Of a DNA stretch of 64,000 nucleotides, positions 56,160 to 64,000 are shown piece after piece. Made by a program: the position numbers and the translations under genes. The notes below the pieces were generated by a model. That model was not told the DNA's origin. It searched no databases and saw only the letters and a list, made by a program, of their open reading frames with translations. Within the stretch, counting starts at the first letter, position 1. Each line of letters starts with the position of its first letter. This DNA is from Cyanidioschyzon merolae (lineage: Eukaryota): assembly GCA_000091205.1 (NCBI GenBank), contig AP006500.2. The stretch is one strand, 5' to 3'.

Positions 56160-58640
56160 TAGCGAGCCCCTTTCAAAACAAAAACGCTGCCGCTATCAGT
56201 ACAAAAGTGGCTACCAACGCGCCCTAGACGAAACGTCTCCAACGGACGTGCAGACGCTTCCCAGTCTTTTTGGACCGGCCACCTACTACTGCTTCCAACT
56301 TTTTCTCGTATAGTTCGACTTTGAGAGGTTGTCCAACAAAGTTCTCTCGTGTCCACTCTGGAGGTCTTTTCTCCAGCATCGCACATCTCCGTATATTGAT
56401 TGCAGCGTTAAAGTCTCGGTTCACGAATTCCATACGTTTCTTGCCATCGTTCGTTGTACTCACCAGTGCGAGTAATCCCCGAACTTTCGCCCTCCTTTCC
56501 ATTTGCTCTTCCGTCAGCGGTCCGTACTTTATTATATACTCAGGGCTCCTCCGACGCTTTTCCATCTCAACCCTTTGAAGTGTGCACCCCAGTTCATGGT
56601 GTGTAAACGATGTTCGGAACTCATCTATTCGTATCGTAACGAAACGCCTTGCGCACTCCTTGTACGTTCTTGTCGTTGGAACTGGCGTGCTCCCTTTTCC
56701 GGGTACCCAGAGCCCTGCTCCATACGCTACTACAAGCCATTGGCTCGTCCCCTTTGAGGGTGCCCGACTCATTGAAAAAGTTGGCAAATGCACGCTGTTT
56801 TCCGCAGTACAGATTCATATGCAGACGAGCCCACCTGAGCTTCGCGTACTCTTCACACACCTCCTCGTCATGAGAAACGCGAATTTTCATGAATTTCGGA
56901 AGAAAAAAAGAAAGTTCAATCGACGGCTCGTCACGTGCCTGATCGCTTCCAGATTCTCCTTCACTCTTGCGTTCCATTTCTCACTTTGATTCCTCGCATT
57001 CATCATTGCTTGTTCTCTGTACTAACTCTCTCTCGAGAACTTTAAACGACGCATGTCGCTCTGGCATAAGTTGTCGTCAGCGCCATCTTCCAAACGTTTG
57101 GGTGCTACGATGGTTATTACATTCGTGGTCCCGAGGTTAAGGCCGACGACAAGATCGTTATCCTGGGGATTATACGTGCCAGGGCCCGTCTTCTTGTGTT
57201 CGTGCTTCGGCAAGGGCGACAATGTAGATGAGGTAGGACGATCTGCCTTCAAGCGCTGATAGTGTACACATATGGATTTCCCATTGTAATCGATCGTCCC
57301 CGTGAATGCCATTTTTTGCTCGTTTTGAGGCTCTTGAAATCGAAGATATTCTTCCAGTACGTCTTCCGGTTTTCACCGGAGAATTCCTCCCTGCTGACAC
57401 TGAACACCGGACTGATCTCCTTAAAGATGCCGTAAAGGACGCCGGAGTCGATAGTCACAAAACTTGAATTGATCCTGGACAACGGATCAGCGTGGGAGCG
57501 ATTCTCCAGAAGCGCAGCCTTCCCTCTCTCCGACTATTCGTTTTTTCCACACCCGGCTCCATGTCGGCCTTGCGTCCGTGCTTTCGGTTCAGAAACATGA
57601 AACAGCGCAGGATTAGTTGATAAAATCTCTCTTCGTCTTTTTTCAAATTAGGTAATTTTCCTGTTGGACTGAGTAGCCCCAAGACCGCACGGTGCTCTTG
57701 AATAGTCGCGCGGATTACGGAAGCTCCATTTGTGCTCCTGCGTGACGCCTACTTGTCGACAAATTCGATCTCATCTTCATGCATGCGATCGTTCGTGATG
57801 CCATTGATAATTGCCCAGAATCCTTTGCGAGAGATGCCCGGGTAGAGTGCAAACACGGCGCATATCATGAAACGTTCCGGGTACATAGTTAAATGGTTCT
57901 TCAGATTCGTGAGGTACTTCTTCGGCCCGTAGGCGTAAATACACGAGTCAACCCTGTATCGGGTACGCTCGAAGCGGTATTCGGCGTAGTTTTCGTGGAG
58001 AGCGTGCACTAGCACATTTTCCTTCCGCGCTTCCCCTGTACCAAGCATCAGGTGACGAATAAAGGTCTTGTGGAAAAACTCGTCTGGAATCTAGACCGTT
58101 TCCATGTGCGCCACATCGCGATACATCTCCCTCGCCAAATGCATCAGTCCTGACGACGTCTTGACAATACTCTTGGAGTACGAGTCGACACGTTTTTTGA
58201 TAGCGTCCCGCAACTTTTCCTTGTAGGGATGCTTGATATGTCCAAGAAGAAAGGTTTTCACCACCATCTCGTCGTACAGCCGTCTTCCTTGCCGCCTTCG
58301 ACGTAGGGCCTTACCGTTTCGGTCCTTCTTCTCTTCTTTTTGTTCTGGACTCGGCACTATATTTGGGTTTTTTTGGCAGCCGGCGACACTGGGCCTCCAG
58401 GATCGTCGACTTGCTATTTACTAGCTTTTCCGTTTTTTAGTTTTTTTTTGAAGACGGACGCGTTTCTTACGTGTCTACTATAAACCACGAAAAACACTTG
58501 ACTAGATATGTTTGAGGTGTGAAACAAAAACGAACTGAAAGACTGTACTTGGCTACGACCTGAACGGAAATCCAACTTTTTTCGGTAGAACAACACGCTA
58601 CTGATCAGGATGGCGTTCCCCTTCGACGAAGGCATGCGCA
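56160..58640 (-). mobile_element. Fanzor/TnpB-like element, copy B (rearranged, internally deleted)
   Basis: Minus-strand ORF 56224..56793 carries VAYGAGLW...IRIDEFRTSFTHHELGC...FVNRDFNAAINIRRC and the full C-terminal tail ...GKRLHVRWRRFV. The fragments 57022-57682 and 57749-58357 are near-identical to 54000-54900 of copy A. ORF 58091..58357 is 88/88 aa identical to ORF 54528..54794. Confidence 0.75.
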
Positions 58641-59384
58641 TCGTGTCAGTTGACTGACTGATCTCCCAGTTGCGCTCATTTAGCGCAATGCATCCACTGC
58701 GCGCGACGCTACTCCGATCGATGAAGGACACGTGTCCGATACCCCGCCTTGGCACATGCGTGTTCGCATCCCACTGCAGCCAAAATAAAGTATCGTAGAT
58801 CGCAAACTCACGTAGAATGATCTCTTGCTACAGGCTCTGTCGCTGGTGCCCATTGCAGTACCGCCCTGACATACGTGGAGATGTAGGGGCCTGGCACGAT
58901 ACCTCGCGATGCTTCTAACAAAAGCATCGCGTTCTCTGCGGCTTACACTTGTGTGGATAAGGTACACAACACTGTACTCAATAGAAATTTCGTTAATTTT
59001 ATTGATCGTATATAAACAAGACACGGAATGATTCCTGACCAAGGATATTCGTTTAATCAATATGCTTGTTATGCATGCCGCACCGACACTGGAATAAGGA
59101 CCTGAACTGAAATTTGCATCTATCCGGCGTCATGGGCTGGAACTGATACCCGTTCAAGTCATTGCCATCCTGCCGTGGTTGTCCAAGTAATGGTGCCTGC
59201 TTCGTCCTCCGGATCCGGCGATCTTGGCAGAGGCAGAGCACGTAGGTAGCGTCCAAGTCTGCCACGAGGTTTGAGCCTTGCATCTCGCCTGGCACGATCG
59301 TGGCACTTGACAAAAGCGCATACTGTATTCTGGTCTACTCTATCAGATTATTTTCAAGAGCCTAACCCGTACATCGAGCCCGAA

Positions 59385-59650
59385 CGAGGCACCCCTGGAA
59401 AGAAACGCCTTTCGAAAGTCGAACGGCGCCAGCGGTGTACAGTAGTGGCGAGTGGCCCGCCCTAGAAATGACGTCTGCAACTGACGTGCAGACGCATCCA
59501 AAATAAGATACCACCTCAGGAAATTTCCTTATACCTCCTCTACGGTATTCGTCGGCGAGCTACGTGGAAGTTCGTCTACGATTGTTGTGATCTCTGAGCG
59601 CAGCACTGCGGAACCCTTGGCACCAATTACTGATGAGGTTGTTGATGGGA
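59385..59650 (-). mobile_element. Isolated 3-prime tail fragment of the Fanzor-like family (copy D; no adjacent nuclease ORF)
   Basis: The stretch ctggaaagaaacgcctttcgaaagtcgaacggcgccagcggtgtacagtagtggcgagtggcccgccctagaaatgacgtctgcaactgacgtgcagacgcatcc is near-identical to the tails at 2290-2410 and 52285-52400. Similarity decays by ~59650, and no RuvC-encoding ORF is seen between 59650 and 59880. Confidence 0.65.
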
Positions 59651-59880
59651 AGCATAGGAGTTCTGTCTAGTTTCTGAAAAAGACACTGAGCGCTTGTGCT
59701 AGATGTGCTCAACGCTAGACAGTCTACGGGAGATTTAGGTCGGACTCTGGACAATTGACGGGCGATCACTCGTGCAGCTACGCAAAAGAAGTTTTTTGCT
59801 GGATACGCACACCTATGCGAGCGATTCTAGCCGGTGACGTGATCGGCAGCTTTGCACCGGAGAAAATCTAATCCAAGAAA

Positions 59881-61090
59881 ATGCAAGCCCTATTCGTTTC
59901 TGTTCCGCTGTACCAGGAAAGACATATTGTTTGCGCGCGCGCTGCAACTCGAGCACCGTTCCCGCTGTGTACCGAACATGACAGGTGCTTCGCAGCTCGA
60001 TACCGTCACCGCTGTCACCATCCGCTGCCCGTGGGGGTGCAGCGTTCGCCTGTAGTGCGCCGGCATCGTATGCCGCATCTTCGTATGGGCCCGAAACAGT
60101 CGCAGATCGCCGTGATCACTGGCTCGTCCTCTGGGGTCGGTCTGTATGCAGCTCGCGCTCTGATCAACAAGGGCAACTGGAACATCGTCATGGCATGTCG
60201 TGACGTCGACCGGGCGGAACGTGCAGCAAACAGCGTGAACCTTCCAAAGGACGCCTATACAGTGCTGCATTGTGATCTGGCAGATTTCGCCTCTGTGTTG
60301 AAGTTTGTGAGAGCGCTATCGAGTGTGGCGCGCATCGATCACCTGGATGCCCTGATCTGCAATGCCGCAATATGGCATCCGCAGGACAAGAAACCGCGTT
60401 TCACGGTGGGCGGCATCGAGGAAACCATGCAGGTTTGCCATCTGAGCCATTTGCTTCTCTGTGGGGAGCTGTTGCCGAAGCTGAAAAAATCGCGCAGGCG
60501 CATTGTGTTTCTGACGACTCAGACACACTCGCCGAATTCGTTGCCGGGAAAGATCCCCCGCTGGCTCGTCTCGGGGATTCGTCTAGTCTAGCCGCGGGGC
60601 TTGGTCCGCAGACGACGGACATGGTAGAAAGTGGCCCGTTTGAGCCCACAAAAGCTTTCAAAGACGCCAAAGCCGAGAACGTGTTGACAATGAAGGCGCT
60701 CAGTGATCGATACGGCCGCGACGGGGTGACCTCTGTGGCGATTTTCCCGGGATGTGTCGCCGACAGCAACCTCTTCCGCGAAAAGCGTGGCTGGTTCCGC
60801 TACGTATTCTTCCCGATTCTTCAGAAGTACATCACTCGGCAATACTTTCCCAATGATGAGGCCGGACGCCGTGTAGCCGAAATGGCGACCCAGGGACAGT
60901 TCTCGGACTCGGGCTCGTATTATCAGTGGCGTGGCAAATATACGGATGGGGGATAGAAGACGAAACCGCAGGTTATTGAACCAACGTACGAAATCGACAA
61001 GGCAGATCAGCTTTACGAACTGAGTCTTGATCTGATCGACCAGGCTTTACGGAGGCGAGGCCTCAAGTCGACTACCTTGGTCCCTGTCTA
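59881..61090 (+). CDS. Light-dependent NADPH:protochlorophyllide oxidoreductase (LPOR, SDR family). As assembled it has a 1-nt frameshift in a C5 run at ~60553-60557 and an in-frame TAG at 60957-60959. The mature domain probably starts near 60100.
   Basis: Frame 1 reads IAVITGSSSGVGLYAARALINKGNWNIVMACRDVDRAERAA...YTVLHCDLADFASVLKFV...LICNAAIW. Frame 2 reads GKDPPLARLGDSSSLAAGLG...AFKDAKAENVLTMKALSDRYGRDGVTSVAIFPGCVADSNLFREKRGWFRYVFFPILQKYITRQY. Together these align colinearly with plant and algal POR (ITGASSGLG...VIMACRD...YT.MHLDLAS...NAAVY...YKDSKVCNMLTMQE...YPGCIATTGLFREH..LFP.FQKYIT.GY). After the TAG the frame continues KTKPQVIEPTYEIDKADQLYELSLDLIDQAL, which aligns with the POR C-terminal helix. 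Confidence 0.8.
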
Positions 61091-61437
61091 AGGTTTGTTA
61101 GTGATGAATATGGGATGCGCCTTCGAAGCGCAGACCGCTGCGTCAAGGACGCATGTGGGAGCAACAGCGTAACGATGAAACGGCAACCCACTGTTACGAT
61201 CGGATAGTGATCGGGTGAAAGGGCACTCCTCCTGATGTGGAGAACCAAAATTGCTTCGCAAGTCATAAAGCGTACTGCAGTAGTGATTAATATAGCTATA
61301 GCTATGACCTACTTCGCATCGAATGCGCCAGAGAATGCTAACTGCGGTCGTTCAAGAGGGCAGAGCGCGTTTATTTGGGTAATCTGTAACTCTTTTTGCC
61401 ATAAAGGATACGGCAATAGAGGCGAACTTGCAGACGT

Positions 61438-62757
61438 TTGAACAATATGTGGGTATTCGATATCAAACTGGGTCAACGGGCATGGATTAATGGAAGCTCG
61501 GTAGTGAATACTCCAGCAAGATATGGAGCATTGAGCGAGTCAGGCCCGAATAGTGTACCAAGTACTCGCTATGGATCAGCTTTCTGGAACATCAGATGGA
61601 CCGATTCGATCATATTTGTTGGAAATGGATACATAAACACGAGCGGCAGTTACTTTCTCAATGATGTGTTTGCATTGAGGAAAGCATTTCCTACTCCAAC
61701 ACCAAAACCTACGCGGACACCCACCCCCATCTGCACCGATGAGCTCTGCGGATCTCCAGGACAGTGCATCAACCAGGACGCTTACGAGCGAGTCGGGTGC
61801 TGCTTCAACGCCCAGACAAACGCGTGCACCCTGAAGAGCGTCTCAGCGGCGTGAAGCGCTGTTCCAGTGACGCAGCGCGTCACCTGCGGTTGGAGCTACA
61901 TCTACCCTGATGAGTGCACTGCGATACCGGGATGCTGCTGGCAGCCCACAGCGAACGGCATCCTCGCGCCCTGGTGCTACTACGACATCGACCATGCACC
62001 CCAGGCTTCTGTAGCGCTGCAGGAGGTGCAGGCACCGGTTCCCGTCTGCCCGTCACCGGGAGCGCAGCGCCAGCCGTGCGGCAACGCGGGTATCAACCAG
62101 TTTACCTGGTATGCCCAGGGCTGCTGCTACGACTCGCAGGCGCAGAACCAGTGGGTGCAGAACGGCAAGCAGCAGAGCGACTTTGCGTCGAACCCGTACT
62201 GCTTCCAGCCCGAGAAGACGTGCGCGGTGGGCGAGCTTGAGCGCCAGCCGCGCACGAACGCGCTGAATCAGAACCAGCAGCTGACCAACAATAACATCAA
62301 CAACAATAACCAGTTTGTGCGTCTGCTGAACACGCTCCAGTGCGGAGAGCAGCACGGGACGCAGCGCACGAGCTACGCGCCGTAGCAGTGTCTGGAGGCT
62401 GGTTGCTGCCTGGGGCTCGGCAACGAGTGCTTCCAGCCGGTTACTGAGTACGTGTGCCAGACCTACGGGTACGTCTCGAACTCGCTGAGCGGCACGACCG
62501 GCAACGTGTCGAACTCGACGTATATTCCGTGCGGCCCGGAGTGCTGCAACGCCGAGATAGAGAACTGTACGTACAACCCGTTCAGCAACAGCAAGAACCT
62601 GCGACAACAGCAGCAGCAGCAACAGGTGCTGTTGCCGTCATTCTGTGTATGCAAGGACCCTACAAAGCAGTGCGGGACGTACCTGATCCCTTCGGACAAC
62701 CTTGTGAACAAGGTGCGTTCCTGCCGCTCTGATCAGGAGTGCATCAGCAACGAGTGA
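61438..62757 (+). CDS. Putative secreted kelch-repeat plus Thr/Pro linker plus trefoil(P-type)-like cysteine-rich protein; probably multi-exon, with frames changing at ~61855 and ~62390
   Basis: ORF 61438..61854 reads PARYGA...RYGSAFW...IIFVGNGY (kelch-like), then TPTPKPTRTPTP, then CTDELCGSPGQCINQDAYERVGCCFN. ORF 61867..62385 reads CPSPGAQRQPCGNAGINQFTWYAQGCCYDSQAQNQWVQNGKQQSDFASNPYCFQP, which matches the trefoil consensus (RxxCG..GI...C...GCCfD....pwCF). ORF 62452..62757 is a further Cys-rich segment with a Q7 run. Confidence 0.4.
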
Positions 62758-63661
62758 TTGTTGATTAGTCCTACTCCGACTCCGAGTGCCGTTATTTCGA
62801 CTGGAACTGCGTCTCCAGGTGCGTCGGTATTGGTGTCGACCTCGACGCGTGCCTCAGCAAGTGCTTCAGTATGAACCACTGCGTTGACGCCAGCTATCTG
62901 TACGGCCCCGCGCGCGTACACAGAACCAAAATATGTTTCAGTTATTGATATACTCATTCCATGAGGATCTTGGTTGTGCAATATAGTTCGCACGTGCATG
63001 CACGCAACCTTTCAGTCCGGGTTGGGGGCCCATAATTTAATGTTGAGGGTATCTGGACACCAAACATACCCCTAGACGGGATGTCAACAAATATACAGAT
63101 GGCGTGCGGAAAGAGGGAGTTTTTCGTACTGGGGCACAGCAGGCCGGGTCCGAATGTGCGACGGGCATGCTATTAGACCTTTTGGGTGTTTGGACTCTGC
63201 ATGTGTATCTGAAACACGACTGCGGCGTAGACGACTATCTTGCATTGCCATTACGAGAGCGCCATCATGAAACTCAGTAGCAGGCGCTGCAAAATATCTT
63301 TGGCCGTTTATTATAGAAATGTCGTGTTGTGGGAGCGCCGTGCGCAGATCTGCGTCATTCAGACGGCGGTGCTTGACGCGCTCCCGTGCTGCTTACCTCA
63401 GAATACTTCGTGGAGCCTGGTGGTGGTAAGGACGGAGACAACAGTGACAACAGTACCAGCAGCTGGAGGCTCTCCTATCCCTGTAGATTCTAAGCAACTC
63501 GTTTCCCTGGGAGGTGTTTTCTTTTCACTGGTGCAGAACCCCTTTCGTATCCTATATGCGAAAAAGATATTTTTCCATAGTGAGACTCCTGGTGGTAGTA
63601 TTGGTTGTGTCGAGTACACACACAGTTCGTGGAGTTTTGTCCTCCGAAGATACTTTTTTAT

Positions 63662-64000
63662 GGACCTGGATCGGTGGCAGTAACTCTACCGGCAGTTCAG
63701 GTAGCTACGGTGTTCAGGGTGTGCCGAACACCAGCAACGTGCCTCCGGCGCGGTACGGTGCGGTCTTCTGGACCGGCGCTGACGGGGTGCTCTGGTTGTT
63801 TGGTGGTGGCAGCGACTTGAGAGACGTCTTCGGTGATCTCTGGAACTACAATCTAAGCACGTTCTCTTGGACCTGGGTTGGAGGCTCTGCATCCCTCAAC
63901 TCTGCAGGGGTATACGGCTCCCGCGGAGTTCCCAACAAGAGCAACAATCCGCCTTCGAGGACGGAATCCGCTTCATGGAGCGACAGCTACGGAAACCTTT
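63662..64000 (+). CDS. Kelch-repeat protein, 5-prime partial; continues beyond the window end
   Basis: An open frame with no stop to the window end: STGSSGSYGVQGVPNTSNVPPARYGAVFWTGADGVLWLFGGGSDLRDVFGDLWNYNLSTFSWTWVGGSAS.. These are kelch blade signatures and are similar to the repeats at 61.4 kb. Confidence 0.4.

Noticed and set aside
7034-60959. Possibility that TGA/TAG are reassigned sense codons, which would explain in-frame stops in the lipase, the POR and Fanzor copies A and B
   Set aside because: TAG cleanly terminates the helicase (1655), condensin (12747) and patatin-like (52284) ORFs exactly where homologs end. Standard code is therefore assumed, and the in-frame stops are treated as lesions, introns or assembly errors.

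Overview
This window is GC-rich (~58%) nuclear DNA from a eukaryote, most likely a photosynthetic protist or alga. It contains a light-dependent protochlorophyllide reductase gene, long mostly intron-free ORFs, coding CAG/GCA microsatellites (polyQ/polyA), and a kinesin-14, condensin, DDX5-type helicase, GATA factor and DUSP. The lineage cannot be resolved from sequence alone. Confident host genes are a DEAD-box helicase (111-1655), condensin subunit 1/NCAPD2 (7.8-12.7 kb), a PAP2 lipid phosphatase, a dual-specificity phosphatase protein, a GATA factor, a kinesin-14 (42.2-44.8 kb), a large patatin-like phospholipase (48.4-52.3 kb), a cupin/germin-like protein, and a light-dependent protochlorophyllide reductase (59.9-61.1 kb). 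Lower-confidence calls are a lipase_3, a BTB protein, a TPR protein and kelch/trefoil-like cysteine-rich genes. The most striking content is a family of Fanzor/TnpB-like elements, the eukaryotic OMEGA RNA-guided RuvC nuclease family, in at least six copies: a head-to-head pair at 2.3-4.4 kb, one at 37.0-38.9 kb, two near-tandem copies at 52.3-55.1 and 56.2-58.6 kb, and a tail fragment at 59.4 kb. Each copy has RuvC-I (GxDPGNT), a non-canonical RuvC-II region (VAYGAGRW, then DEFRTS) and RuvC-III (NRDFNAAINIRRC). Each also has a conserved ~400-aa N-terminal extension of unknown function and a strongly conserved 3-prime tail that overlaps the C-terminal codons, the expected place for an omega-RNA. 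All copies carry frameshifts or in-frame stops, at least as assembled. Two conserved host genes, the POR and the lipase, also carry apparent in-frame stops or a homopolymer frameshift; these are either real pseudogenization or assembly error.
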